Source: a virus
DNA length: 64,000 nucleotides
Strand: one strand, 5' to 3'
IMG/VR virus record: IMGVR_UViG_3300028374_000796
Of the stretch, positions 48,765 to 58,964 are shown one piece after another. Under the pieces are notes generated by a model. The model made no database searches, was not told the origin of the DNA, and saw only the letters and a program-made list of their open reading frames with translations. Every line of letters begins with the position of its first letter. The stretch's first letter is position 1. Both the position numbers and the translations under genes were made by a program.

Positions 48765-49724
48765 ATGTTTAAATTTTTACGTTCCCTACTGGAACAATAT
48801 CGAACCCTAGTGAAAATATCACAAAAACCCTCAGAGGTAGCTCCCCCTATTATGTCTAAAGAACCTATCGAGATAGACCGTTTAGCTTCAGCGGTATCGT
48901 ATAACGCATTGAAGGTGCCTATCTTAGCCCCAGACGGCTTTCCTAAGTGGGCCAAAATAGAAGCCTTACCTGGCACTGAAGAATTCGCCTACGACGTTGC
49001 TAGGGCGCAAAAACATCTGGGACTTAAAGCGGATGGTTTTTGTGGTCCTTCTACTATTAATGCGATGGCGGAAGAGGACCGAAAGGATCACAGATCTATT
49101 ATCATCGGTCCCAAAGCCTATCCAGTATCAAGTCAGGTTATTACCTACCTAGATGACCCAGAAATTGTAGATCTTTCGGGAAGAAATAGAACTCTGAAGA
49201 TACGTCAGGTTTGTTTGCACTATGATGTAACGTTCAATTCAATGAGCACAGTGTCTATACTCCGATCCCGAGGACTTTCCTATCACTTTTTGATTGATGG
49301 GGATTTAGATGCTACTATCTATCAAACACACAATCCTACGATTACTGCATGTTTTCATGCAGGCACTATCAATAATTATTCGGTGGGCATCTGTATCAAT
49401 AACCCTGCGGATCCTTCCTATCAGTCAAGGGATGAAAAAAATAGAGGGAGAAAAAGAGAAAAGAAATCGGATACGGTACATGAAGAGAATATAGAGAGAC
49501 TGGAGTTTTTTGAAGAACAGTTGATCGCTTCGCAGGAGTTAGTTTCCATTCTTTGTCATTCTCTTGATATCCCTAAAGTTGTTCCTAGGGATAAGGATAA
49601 CAAAGTTCTGAAAGGAGTGATCCCAAACTTCGAAAAATTCTCAGGTATTCTTGGTCATTATCATGTGAGTAGTACAAAAACAGACCCTTCTCCACTGGAC
49701 TGGGAAGCTTTCCTAAAAGACTAA
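48765..49724 (+). CDS. N-acetylmuramoyl-L-alanine amidase (Amidase_2-type endolysin) with a peptidoglycan-binding motif
   Basis: AQKHLGLKADGFCGPST; LHYD, SYHFLID, HAG..N..SVGI, GHYHV...KTDP. Confidence 0.88.
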   Translation: MFKFLRSLLEQYRTLVKISQKPSEVAPPIMSKEPIEIDRLASAVSYNALKVPILAPDGFPKWAKIEALPGTEEFAYDVARAQKHLGLKADGFCGPSTINAMAEEDRKDHRSIIIGPKAYPVSSQVITYLDDPEIVDLSGRNRTLKIRQVCLHYDVTFNSMSTVSILRSRGLSYHFLIDGDLDATIYQTHNPTITACFHAGTINNYSVGICINNPADPSYQSRDEKNRGRKREKKSDTVHEENIERLEFFEEQLIASQELVSILCHSLDIPKVVPRDKDNKVLKGVIPNFEKFSGILGHYHVSSTKTDPSPLDWEAFLKD

Positions 49725-49868
49725 ACTTGTAGAAAGCCTTTAAATATGGTAAGGTTCTGTTTCCTTTCAGGAAACTGGACCGTCCCCTTTAGGGGGACCC
49801 GCCGTGGATTTTTGGTACCCCTTTTTATCGTCGTTAAACAGGGTTTGCTGTTATAGAAAACGAGAGGT

Positions 49869-50333
49869 TTGAAGATGCCCGAAATGCCCGTAGAGTCCGT
49901 GGAAATTTCAGAGTGGATATTAGATTATCTGAATAAAGAATATCCACCCACATCCTCAGATCAGAAATGGAAGATAGACCGTTTCTGCGACGAATCTGAA
50001 TGGAGTTCTATTGCGGGATCCCTCATATCTTTTGGCGAGATGTCTTTTGCTTACTCATATGAAAATTCCCCCTTTCAAATTGAGGTTGGAAGTGTTAGAG
50101 ATGAAAAAGAAGAATGGTCCGCTTTTATATTCTATAAAAAAGGCTACCGTTATGATGATCAGGATCATCAGTTTCTATACAAAAGCGATTTTTTTAATGA
50201 GTGGGAAGATTCTATAGATCAAGCAATTTCACATTTTTATGAAAAACAAAAATTGGATTTTGAAAAGTTCTACCTTAAAACAAAAAGAGCCAACGAAGTG
50301 ATACAGATACTTAAAAATAGTCAGGAAGGTTAA
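49869..50333 (+). CDS. Small paralog-family protein
   Basis: ILDYLNKEYP...KW...EWEDSIDQAI. Confidence 0.7.
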   Translation: MKMPEMPVESVEISEWILDYLNKEYPPTSSDQKWKIDRFCDESEWSSIAGSLISFGEMSFAYSYENSPFQIEVGSVRDEKEEWSAFIFYKKGYRYDDQDHQFLYKSDFFNEWEDSIDQAISHFYEKQKLDFEKFYLKTKRANEVIQILKNSQEG

Positions 50334-50334
50334 A

Positions 50335-50832
50335 ATGAATAATGCTCAGATCTATCACATGGGAAATGTAGTAGACAAAGGATTAGAAATACAAGAACCT
50401 TTGAGAGAGTTGGAAGCGTGGAGGTCCCGTGCGCTTCGATGCCTTAGAACTATATGCCCTTCTATTTCCTGGGTTAGTGACCCCTTTGACGATGCTTACC
50501 TTTTGAAAAAAGAGGATGGATCTGCCATCCTTGGTATACGAATTTTTGGAGATGAGCCTCATTCTTTTACCTTTACCTTAAAATGTATAGTTCAAGATCT
50601 GGAAGCCTCATTACCAAGCAGTAATCCAGAAGTCAGAGCCGAAATTCAATATTCTGAACTGAAAGATGATATTCAGTTTAACATCACGTCTATTCCTTTT
50701 AATGATACAGAGATAATGCTCACTTCTATAATGAAGGATGCGCGAACCTCCTTGGTAGCTAGTCTTAATGAAAAATACGAAAATTTCATGAAACTGGCTG
50801 AAATAGTGAAATCACTGGGCGGCGGTGATTAG
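50335..50832 (+). CDS. Small paralog-family protein (divergent)
   Basis: LRCLRTICPSISW. Confidence 0.7.
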   Translation: MNNAQIYHMGNVVDKGLEIQEPLRELEAWRSRALRCLRTICPSISWVSDPFDDAYLLKKEDGSAILGIRIFGDEPHSFTFTLKCIVQDLEASLPSSNPEVRAEIQYSELKDDIQFNITSIPFNDTEIMLTSIMKDARTSLVASLNEKYENFMKLAEIVKSLGGGD

Positions 50833-50834
50833 TA

Positions 50835-51338
50835 ATGAATGTGAAAAATCCAATAGAAATAATCACGACATATCTAAGGGAGGAATGGCCTGACCTCAAA
50901 TGGAAAGAGGAACCTTCCTTAGAAGGAAGTGAACTCCATCGGTATGAAGAAAAAATAAAAGCGAAAGGTCTCTATTTTAAATCATCACTGCCCCGAATCA
51001 ATTGGCTACGAATGAGATGTGGACCTTCCTCCACTTTTAAGAGAGTTATAGGAACCAAGTTAGTGGGGCCACCACCGTCTAAAACCAACCCTTTCGGGAA
51101 AGGCACGAATATGTTTCAGAATGGACAGACGGTATGGGAAGCGTGTTTTGAATACCATGCGGACCATCGAGTTACTTATGCCTCGTTCATGGCGATTGAT
51201 CCCCTCCTAGCCATCGAAAGTGCTATCGAATCTTCCATCGAGCCCCTGCGAAATGACATGGATCAATACTTCAAAGAATATGAAAAAGTTTACACCACCT
51301 ATCAGGCTTTATTGGTATCTTCTAGTCGTAAAAAATAA
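50835..51338 (+). CDS. Small paralog-family protein
   Basis: ITTYLREEWPDLKW...LLAIESAI. Confidence 0.7.
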   Translation: MNVKNPIEIITTYLREEWPDLKWKEEPSLEGSELHRYEEKIKAKGLYFKSSLPRINWLRMRCGPSSTFKRVIGTKLVGPPPSKTNPFGKGTNMFQNGQTVWEACFEYHADHRVTYASFMAIDPLLAIESAIESSIEPLRNDMDQYFKEYEKVYTTYQALLVSSSRKK

Positions 51339-51409
51339 TGAGTCAGTTGACAGGATACCAGGATCTTTGATAGGATGATTTTACATTTTTAGGAAAGAAG
51401 AGGATTGTT

Positions 51410-51820
51410 ATGAAGAAAATTGGCGACGAAGCTGAATTGAGAAAAGAATTAAAAAAGACAGAAGACCTAGCAGATGAGTTGAATGACCGATGGTGGAAAT
51501 TGGATACGATTACGTCCTCCTATGTCATTTTAGTTTTTCTTCCTCTTTTCGTTTTGATCCTTCCGCTTTTCCTGACGCAAGTAACCCTGCGCCTTATTTC
51601 CCGGGGCTGTGAGTTTTTGTTATGGAAAATAGAACGATTTGGTAACCGATTGGTATCTATTTTGGATGTGGCCGGAGATTTCCTATTGAGCAAAACTCCC
51701 TTCATTAGAAAGGTCAAATCGGATATGGAAGACCTAGCGGTTCGGAGGATGGAACTTCATCATCAAGCACAGATCCTTCGCATGAGACTCCCGAAACCTA
51801 GCTTTCTGGTGGATGAATGA
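51410..51820 (+). CDS. Membrane protein
   Basis: TM segment YVILVFLPLFVLILPLFL between coiled-coil stretches. Confidence 0.7.
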   Translation: MKKIGDEAELRKELKKTEDLADELNDRWWKLDTITSSYVILVFLPLFVLILPLFLTQVTLRLISRGCEFLLWKIERFGNRLVSILDVAGDFLLSKTPFIRKVKSDMEDLAVRRMELHHQAQILRMRLPKPSFLVDE

Positions 51821-52188
51821 TGATCGTACTTTTTATAATATGGGGGATCCTTACCGCAATTTGTTTTATTGTCAACATTCATTCTGCTTTTAGCCATGGG
51901 AAAGAGGAAGGTTTTAAAACCGGCGTCAAGTCTTTTTCGGTGGGAATGGCTGTGACTACGTTCTGGCCTTTATTAGCTCCTATTGCTCTTATTATGTTGG
52001 TAATATCTCCGTTTTACGGCATCTGGTTGATGGGTAAGGAATATTTGGCTTATCGGAGTTTAAAAAAGAAAGAGAAACAAGAAGCCATTGAAAAGGAATA
52101 CAAAGCGATTCGGGAGGAAGACCATAAAGAGCGCGCAATCCTAGAAAAATCCCTGGCGATCTTAGAGGAAAAGATACTATTACAATGA
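51817..52188 (+). CDS. Membrane protein (two TM segments, charged tail)
   Basis: Hydrophobic N-terminus and FWPLLAPIALIMLVISPFYGIW. Confidence 0.7.
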   Translation: MMIVLFIIWGILTAICFIVNIHSAFSHGKEEGFKTGVKSFSVGMAVTTFWPLLAPIALIMLVISPFYGIWLMGKEYLAYRSLKKKEKQEAIEKEYKAIREEDHKERAILEKSLAILEEKILLQ

Positions 52189-52203
52189 ATGTGAGCTCAA
52201 CGA

Positions 52204-52728
52204 ATGAGTGATATTGAAAAGATAAAAGAGAAGTCTCTCCTTGTGCTTGCTTTTCTGAAAGAAATGTGGCCCTCATTCCGGTGGGAACTGACTGAAAAAG
52301 TGAGAGCAAGTGCGGATACTGAAAAAGTCAAAATGAAATTGTGTTTTAAGGGAGAACCTTTCTCTAGGTCTAGAGAGAAGAACAAAGACGTTTTACTTCT
52401 TTGTATAACGGGTCCACATCGAAAAATTTTTAGAGGAGGACAAACCCTTTTGAGATGGAAATGCCACTCTCTTTATGAAAATGAAGGGAAGAACTCAATC
52501 AAGAGGACCTTGATTAAAGTTGAGGGAGAAGGGCGAAATAGCAATCAGGCGATCAAAACCGTTATGGATAAAATAGAAAATGAGATCAAAAAAGTGATTG
52601 CTAACGCCTATGAGGACATACAGGATCTATTTCGCATGTATCAAAAGATAGGGGAGGAAAGGGGAGTGAAGATTTCTCTGGAGGAGAATGATAATAATAA
52701 GGGGGAGAAGGACACTGCAAAACGTTGA
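52204..52728 (+). CDS. Small paralog-family protein
   Basis: VLAFLKEMWPSFRW...NQAIKTVM. Confidence 0.7.
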   Translation: MSDIEKIKEKSLLVLAFLKEMWPSFRWELTEKVRASADTEKVKMKLCFKGEPFSRSREKNKDVLLLCITGPHRKIFRGGQTLLRWKCHSLYENEGKNSIKRTLIKVEGEGRNSNQAIKTVMDKIENEIKKVIANAYEDIQDLFRMYQKIGEERGVKISLEENDNNKGEKDTAKR

Positions 52729-53293
52729 AAGTACCACAGAAACCGTAACATAAGGAATTTAGGCTCATCCACTGGTGATGATGAACATCATTTCCTTCCA
52801 GTCTGTTATACCTGAAAGCTAGAACATGAATAATTTCATGTTTAAGGATGTCTTTCCAATCCTCATCTGCTTTTAATTCGATGCGATTCCTACCTGCGCA
52901 GCCTCTTATCTCTTTGCTTTGGCTTATCTCCCAACAATATTTCCAGGGTTCTTCCTCTTCTAAAAATTCAATAAAAATATTACGGAAAGAAGTGGTAGCA
53001 GGATCACGGTGAAGATGATGATGGATATGCGGTTGCGAAATGACTGTCTCATAGTCCTCACAGGCTTCTTCAATTACAGATAGAAACCCTTCCGGTGGAT
53101 TCAGGGCAATTACACGATCTGAACAATGAAAAGGAAGTTGAACCGAGGATGATTCTGAGGATGATGGCTCTGGACCGGAAGTAACGTAGAGGCAGGAACA
53201 GGACAGAAATAGAAAGGTTCCCAAAATTATAAAAAATAATATTCTCATTTCCCTTACTCCTTCCACATCTTCTTCCCTGTTTCTAAAAAACAC
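52601..53293 (-). CDS. Signal-peptide/lipoprotein-like zincin
   Basis: MRILFFIILGTFLFLSCSC; ILKHEIIH; Cys-rich. Confidence 0.65.
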   Translation of the reverse strand: MFFRNREEDVEGVREMRILFFIILGTFLFLSCSCLYVTSGPEPSSSESSSVQLPFHCSDRVIALNPPEGFLSVIEEACEDYETVISQPHIHHHLHRDPATTSFRNIFIEFLEEEEPWKYCWEISQSKEIRGCAGRNRIELKADEDWKDILKHEIIHVLAFRYNRLEGNDVHHHQWMSLNSLCYGFCGTFNVLQCPSPPYYYHSPPEKSSLPFPPLSFDTCEIDPVCPHRR

Positions 53294-53303
53294 ATATGAG
53301 AAC

Positions 53304-53525
53304 TTATCCTTCCTTCCCTAGATGCCCTAAGATAGGACGGAGGTGAGGTCTTAATTCTGGAATCTGGAATCCTATTATTATCAATTCCCCCTCCAACCAA
53401 TCCTTTTCTGTATTGATAAAGGAAAGGATCTTCTGTATAGAAGGTTGCAACTTTTTATTATGGAAGGCGATTTTAACTAACTGTTTCTTTGTTGATTTCA
53501 TATTGTTATTTGATAAAGAGAACAT
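53304..53525 (-). CDS. Small protein made almost entirely of two leader-like motifs (probable start ATG 53501)
   Basis: MKSTKKQLVKIAFHNKKLQPSIQKIL...LEGELIIIGFQIPELRPHLRPIL. Confidence 0.7.
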   Translation of the reverse strand: MFSLSNNNMKSTKKQLVKIAFHNKKLQPSIQKILSFINTEKDWLEGELIIIGFQIPELRPHLRPILGHLGKEG

Positions 53526-54033
53526 TATTATGACTATGAGGATATTTAGATTTCAATGACTTCCAGATCCTCTGTGCGTCCCCCGTGGTGCCGCCTATTG
53601 CAAGGCATGACCATGGCACCATGAAGAAAGACCCTTGGGAACGTAGTGTCTCTATGGCTTTCTGATACAGAAGCTTGCCTAGTTTCTTTCCCCTCCATTC
53701 CTCTTTGAGATAGGCCATATAGACCGACCAGATTGGAATATTATTAGAAGGAACAAGACCTTGGTTCTCTTGTAGCTCTTGAAAGGAAGGTCCACAGTTT
53801 CGGATCATAGGAGAAGAATCGTTGAATCCAATGAGTTCGATGAACCCGAGATGGTTTTCCTCCTCTCCATTATACAGGACCACATTCAAAGTAGAAGATC
53901 CTACCGGGGCCTGAGAGGAGGAAGAGGCCCATGATATTTCGATCCTTGGACTGAAGATGTCTCTTTGTAAAAGAAGAGCGTCTGCTACTTTCCTTGCTAT
54001 CACTATTCGTTTGTGGTAAGGGAGCTTTTTCAT
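53506..54033 (-). CDS. GNAT-fold acetyltransferase-like protein with an N-terminal RKVA motif
   Basis: Acetyl-CoA-binding motif A YLKEEWRGKKLGKLLY; TTGDAQRIWKSL. Confidence 0.75.
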   Translation of the reverse strand: MKKLPYHKRIVIARKVADALLLQRDIFSPRIEISWASSSSQAPVGSSTLNVVLYNGEEENHLGFIELIGFNDSSPMIRNCGPSFQELQENQGLVPSNNIPIWSVYMAYLKEEWRGKKLGKLLYQKAIETLRSQGSFFMVPWSCLAIGGTTGDAQRIWKSLKSKYPHSHNNVLFIK

Positions 54034-54038
54034 GATAC

Positions 54039-55655
54039 TTAGTCCATGCGGACTTTATCAGAAATTGCAGAGATAAATTCTTTGACCGCTTTTTTCCATT
54101 TTTCAGGTTCACGGGTCTTCAAGGCTCTAAAGAACTCCGCCGTTTTGATTCTATCGTTTCTCTCCAAACGAACGTTCACTGCGCGATCCAACTCTTTAAA
54201 TTCAGCCTTGTTGAAATCTCCTACCCATACACGGGCAGCAAGCCGTCTCCATTTCTGTGGAATAGTTCGTGCTTTCTGAATGAACCGATCCACTTCGTCC
54301 TGGATACGGGTATAAAACTCTACTTCTCTGAGGGCATGTTCTTTCCGTCCTCTCAAAGGACCTCCTTTCTCTCGAATGGAAAGAGAAGGCGTCCCAGGTC
54401 TTCCTCCACGCAAGTCTTTGAGTTTTTCCAACACGCTCTGTCCAACATGCTGACATTCATGCCGTGCAATTCGGATGATCTCTGTAATATTGTTCTCAAA
54501 GTCATCGACACTTAGAGCATCTTTCCACATGTCCACCTGAAGCTCTTTTTTTGTGTGGTGCCACTGACCTCCCCTTTTACTGTGCCCCTTGAAGTCCAGG
54601 ATCACCAGAATCTCATGAAGCGATACCGATTCAAGGGAGGCATAGATAGCAGTCCAGTTAATATCTTCCAACGTTTCTTCGGTAAATTCGATTGATTCCT
54701 CATAGAGCTTTTCTACTCGTTCAATCAACTCTTCCAGATCTTCATAAAGAGTATCTTTAGAGGTTTCAAAATTAGACCCCAGTACATAAGATCCTTCTTC
54801 GGAGTAAGTGACCTCTAGGATGGTAGAAGGTTCCCTCATCATCTCGATGGCAATACCCTTTCCCCTATAGGCGTCAATGTGAAACGCTAGGCTCTCTCCT
54901 TGACCAAGAGCTTCTAGTTTAGAAGAAACTTCCCCTTTAGCTGCCTGCAAATAGGCAATCAGGTCCCTCACTTTCTGTTTGCTTTCTTTCATAGACCGTT
55001 CGACAGGTGACCATCCACTCAGGTCTATTTCGATGGTGGTTCTTGCAGTTGTCTTATAGGATTTGGCTTTGGTCGTATAGTCGAGACAAGTTTTTTTAAT
55101 ACGGGAGAGTTCTACCAATGAAGTGTCAGGACCTTGTTCCCTAACCTTTTTAGATTTTCTTGCTTTGACTACGAGTTCCCCAATCTCTTTCTGGTAGATC
55201 TTTCGCATTTTATTCCATATTTTAGCCACAGTAAACAAACCGTACTCTCTCCCCTTACTTCGTCCTTTCTTTACATAAGCATAGGAAAAATGGGGTCTCC
55301 CAAGAATTACTTCTACACCGATCCAGATCTTTTTTCCTATATCTGGTTGAATTTCAAACGTTTCCTCTTCTCCGTCTCTAAAATCTTTCCTATTGAGGAA
55401 GTCGAAAATGGTGGTGAATTTTTCCCTGCCTATCGCTTCTGCTCTCTGAGGATCCATAAGGGAGGAAGATTCTCCACTTTCACTTTTCAGGGTGGCGAGT
55501 CTTTTCTCTGTGAGAGCCAGTATATGTCCTGCATATTTCTTTACCATGAAGGTAGAGACTTCTTTAAGAAGGGCGGGAGGGGCTTTGAAGATACCTGCCT
55601 TTTTAGAGTAGCTACTAGCAATGCGACGAGATAAAAGGGTTTTATTATAACTCAT
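54039..55655 (-). CDS. Large protein with an N-terminal RRIA motif and a C-terminal zincin domain
   Basis: MSYNKTLLSRRIASSYSKKA; ARHECQH...EVEFYT. Confidence 0.8.
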   Translation of the reverse strand: MSYNKTLLSRRIASSYSKKAGIFKAPPALLKEVSTFMVKKYAGHILALTEKRLATLKSESGESSSLMDPQRAEAIGREKFTTIFDFLNRKDFRDGEEETFEIQPDIGKKIWIGVEVILGRPHFSYAYVKKGRSKGREYGLFTVAKIWNKMRKIYQKEIGELVVKARKSKKVREQGPDTSLVELSRIKKTCLDYTTKAKSYKTTARTTIEIDLSGWSPVERSMKESKQKVRDLIAYLQAAKGEVSSKLEALGQGESLAFHIDAYRGKGIAIEMMREPSTILEVTYSEEGSYVLGSNFETSKDTLYEDLEELIERVEKLYEESIEFTEETLEDINWTAIYASLESVSLHEILVILDFKGHSKRGGQWHHTKKELQVDMWKDALSVDDFENNITEIIRIARHECQHVGQSVLEKLKDLRGGRPGTPSLSIREKGGPLRGRKEHALREVEFYTRIQDEVDRFIQKARTIPQKWRRLAARVWVGDFNKAEFKELDRAVNVRLERNDRIKTAEFFRALKTREPEKWKKAVKEFISAISDKVRMD

Positions 55656-55740
55656 AATAGACCAAATAGGAAAGAGAAATACTATAAGCTATAAGGTACA
55701 AAACGAATATTCCACTTTGACCCCCTCTTCACTGATCTGA

Positions 55741-56277
55741 AAATATATATGAAAACGAGATATCGGGTTTTTTCAAAACCAAAATCCTCTCAGAAAGAGG
55801 GGGGTCTGATCACGAAAGGACTTGTTTTCTAGCTTCTTCTATGATATAACCTAGAACGGGGGGGTGGTGGGCAAAGTTTTTTAATAATACTAAGGAGAAA
55901 GAAGATATGAACCAAGAAACACTATTACTAGAATCAAATGCTCAACTGAAATTGGGAAATGAGGCTTTGGAAGAAGCCAAAACCTGTTTGGACTCCAATA
56001 AGCTATCAGATCTTTACCAGATGGCTTATATTCACTTCGATGAAGCCGAATATTACTATCAGGTATGGGCTGATAGCTTTCAAGAGGGATCCCCAGAGTA
56101 TATAGAGGGTATGGCCCTCAAGCGGAAGTCTCGTGGTCTTAGAATCAAAGCAAAGAACTTGAGAGACAGTTGAATATTACTATATGAAAATATATATGAA
56201 AACGACTTTTTGTGTTTTTTGAAATGAAAAAGGCTCTCAGAAAGAGGGGGGGGGTCTCTCATAAGAAAGGCTTGTTT
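55741..56277. repeat. Two diverged copies of an ~90-bp intergenic module (55741-55828 and 56188-56277)
   Basis: Both read AAATATATATGAAAACGA...CTCTCAGAAAGAGGGGGG(GGG)TCT...AAAGG(A)CTTGTTT. Confidence 0.75.
55907..56173 (+). CDS. Small helical hypothetical protein
   Basis: 88 aa, AAGGAG RBS. Confidence 0.65.
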   Translation: MNQETLLLESNAQLKLGNEALEEAKTCLDSNKLSDLYQMAYIHFDEAEYYYQVWADSFQEGSPEYIEGMALKRKSRGLRIKAKNLRDS

Positions 56278-56311
56278 AGGGTGGTGGTAGCGCTTATGGT
56301 GGTAGTATGCT

Positions 56312-56764
56312 ATGCTGTCATTAAATGAGAATAGGGACAGGTTAAAAATGATGATGCTATCCGAAAAAGAGAAGAGAGAGATATTAGATACATTGTCTGA
56401 GGTATCTAACAATTCTATTGTAAGGAGGTGGTGGTGGAAACCCACTACTACCTTGTGCAATAATAATGATGATGCGGAGGGATGGGCCGTCCAAGAACAT
56501 AGGGAAGATGAAGAGGGAGCTAGTAATGTGAAGTACCACCTTATCCTTACGTTTGGTATTGACCCTATGGAGGGAGGCTATTGTGTCCGATCCTATTTAA
56601 GACCCGAAGGTAGGGATGATCTGACTCGACAGCTTTCGTATAGAAAATTTAATGGAAATATGAATTGGCATCAAAGGCTCGACGATTTCTTTTCCCATAC
56701 TACGGATAATGTAGAAGAAGCCTTTGAAGATTGTTATATTGCTCTCCACTTGTTATATAGTTAA
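56312..56764 (+). CDS. Hypothetical protein
   Basis: 150-aa ORF. Confidence 0.6.
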   Translation: MLSLNENRDRLKMMMLSEKEKREILDTLSEVSNNSIVRRWWWKPTTTLCNNNDDAEGWAVQEHREDEEGASNVKYHLILTFGIDPMEGGYCVRSYLRPEGRDDLTRQLSYRKFNGNMNWHQRLDDFFSHTTDNVEEAFEDCYIALHLLYS

Positions 56765-56832
56765 AGATATGAATTTTAGAGAAGAAGATAGAAAATACGA
56801 TCACGATATGGAAAGGAAAAAGGAAAAAGGAA

Positions 56833-56994
<162 letters not shown>

Positions 56995-57693
56995 GGGGGA
57001 AGGGGAATCACACTTCCTTTTGACCCTTGAATCGAAAGGATCTACTCAGTACTGGCTCCGATTGTATATAAAGGAGAAAGGGAAAGGTCTTGATGCCAGA
57101 AAGATATCAGTGCAAACAGTTGATTGTGACACCCCAGACGACTGGTCTTCTACTATAGATAAGTTCCTTTGTCAGACAAATTGCAGGACCTAGAAGACAC
57201 TTTCCATATCTGCTATGAAGGGATTCATTTGCTGGAAGACTATAATATATAAGAGACGGGGCAGTTCTCCTTTGTAAAAGAGAAAGCTACTGTAGAAAGG
57301 ACCCCCTCTCACACGAAAAGGGTTATTTTTCTAACTGCTGCTTAATTTTATACCGGCTACAGTTACATTCTTCAGCAATTTCCTGTAGAGTCCACGCTTT
57401 AACTAAGTACATTAAATTCCTCTCATATAAACACCCTTACCTGACAAGGAAGGCTGTTCTGATCATTTTTCCACTTTGCCTCTCATTTTTTCCGTATGGA
57501 CTCAATACGCCTTTTTCGGAGGGTAGGGGGTCCTTTTTTTGAATAAGCGCGCGGTTCTGACATATCTGATCGAAAGGGTGATCTTAGGCTTAGTAAATCT
57601 TAGTAACATTTGTTTCGGAAACAAAAATAAGGCAAGCTTTATTTTTTACTGAACAAGCTATCAGCTTATTATACATCCTCATTGAAATTAATT

Positions 57694-57722
57694 TTGTAAT
57701 CTTAACATCACCAGGGTATATA
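57694..57722 (+). promoter_or_regulatory. Promoter, CCAGGG family
   Basis: TTGTAA tcttaacatcaccaggg TATATA. Confidence 0.75.
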
Positions 57723-57880
57723 AGAGGGAAGAAGATACCTTATACTAGGAAGCTAATCATGAAAGCCCTAACCTACCACCATTGACAATACCACCGTCTC
57801 AGATTAGAGCCTACTTGATAGAAGTACCAGTATCAACCGTTGAAATTTAAGCACACTCTTTTAAGAAAGGAAACCAGATT

Positions 57881-58306
57881 ATGACTACGAAGAAAGCCGA
57901 ACGTATTGTGAATCAATTTTTGGAAAGTGTACAAGAGAACCTCAATAAAGAGATGGGTTCTCTTTATCACGCCATTCTCTCTAGCATCATAGGACCACCG
58001 CCTGCCATAGCTATAGAGAAGGTAGGGTCTCCTTCTGTGGTCTATTATGATGAGGACGCTGCAGAAGAAGGCTGTGTAGGCATGGTGGTGAATGCTAAGG
58101 TACTGGTTCAATGTAAGGTACCTCCTAGGTTGGATATCCTTGAGACGAAGCTCAACAATGCCTATGAACGGCTCATTGCTCAACGCATTCCGGATGCGGA
58201 AGGTGGTGAGTTGGACTTACCCAATTGTCAGGTAGAAGTGTCTTTCTCTCCTGACAATAATTGTCATTTAGATTTGGAGCTTGTTTTTCACCTGAGGTGG
58301 ATTTAG
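57881..58306 (+). CDS. Hypothetical protein
   Basis: 141 aa, AAGGA RBS, downstream of a family promoter. Confidence 0.7.
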   Translation: MTTKKAERIVNQFLESVQENLNKEMGSLYHAILSSIIGPPPAIAIEKVGSPSVVYYDEDAAEEGCVGMVVNAKVLVQCKVPPRLDILETKLNNAYERLIAQRIPDAEGGELDLPNCQVEVSFSPDNNCHLDLELVFHLRWI

Positions 58307-58869
58307 TTTCCGAAACAAAAGGGTACCTGATAAAGTTAGTTACTGAACGCTTTTTCAGAAGAGGTTAGATATGCGAATCAAAGCGAAGATGGTATCCTTG
58401 ATATAGGACTACGCAGCGATTCGTAATATTGGATTGGGAGTGGAACGCTTGGCTTGGTTTCGACGGCGACGGACCTTCGAGAGTAGAGCGTATTAAAGTG
58501 GATCAGATACGGGAACTATGTCACTCACATAGAAAAACCCCTCTATGTTACAGGGACATAGGGGGGTTATCTGATTCTTTTAGTATTTCCAGTTGAGTTT
58601 ATTCAAAAACCCCCGACTTCCTTTCTTTAATAGATATCTGAGATGGGCAATGGGGTCCGCCTCGTCTGTTTCTAGGATCTTGATGGCAAAAGCAGCAGAA
58701 GACAACAGAGCAATTCTAGCACCCCTCATCAATGTCCTGTATGAGCAAAGGGGTTACTTCCCAAGATGCTTTGAGAGTGTGGAAAGTTCTTAAGAGAGAA
58801 GGTTTAAAAGTAGTTGTCCCAGGACTGTCAAACTCACAGAAAATTTTATCATATCATAAGGCACAAACA

Positions 58870-58908
58870 ATGAAAGATTTAAAGAAAGAACTTATTCGTC
58901 TAGGTTAG
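58870..58908 (+). pseudogene. Truncated leader-only remnant
   Basis: MKDLKKELIRLG followed by TAG. Confidence 0.55.
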
Positions 58909-58964
58909 CCTACTAATATATACCAGAGGGTTTTATTTTTTCAAATCTTTTTTCGGAGGAATCA

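Noticed and set aside
52601-52728. 128-bp convergent overlap as a special dual-coding system
   Set aside because: The minus-strand tail is Pro/Ser-rich and simply mirrors the purine-rich plus strand; most likely a stop-codon loss or an incidental extension.
58407-58496. TGGTTTCGAC as a second tmRNA D-loop, or GLGVERLAWF as a class II aminoacyl-tRNA synthetase motif 3 remnant
   Set aside because: No acceptor stem or pseudoknot; the peptide match is about 10 residues in a start-less 29-codon frame, too little to support.
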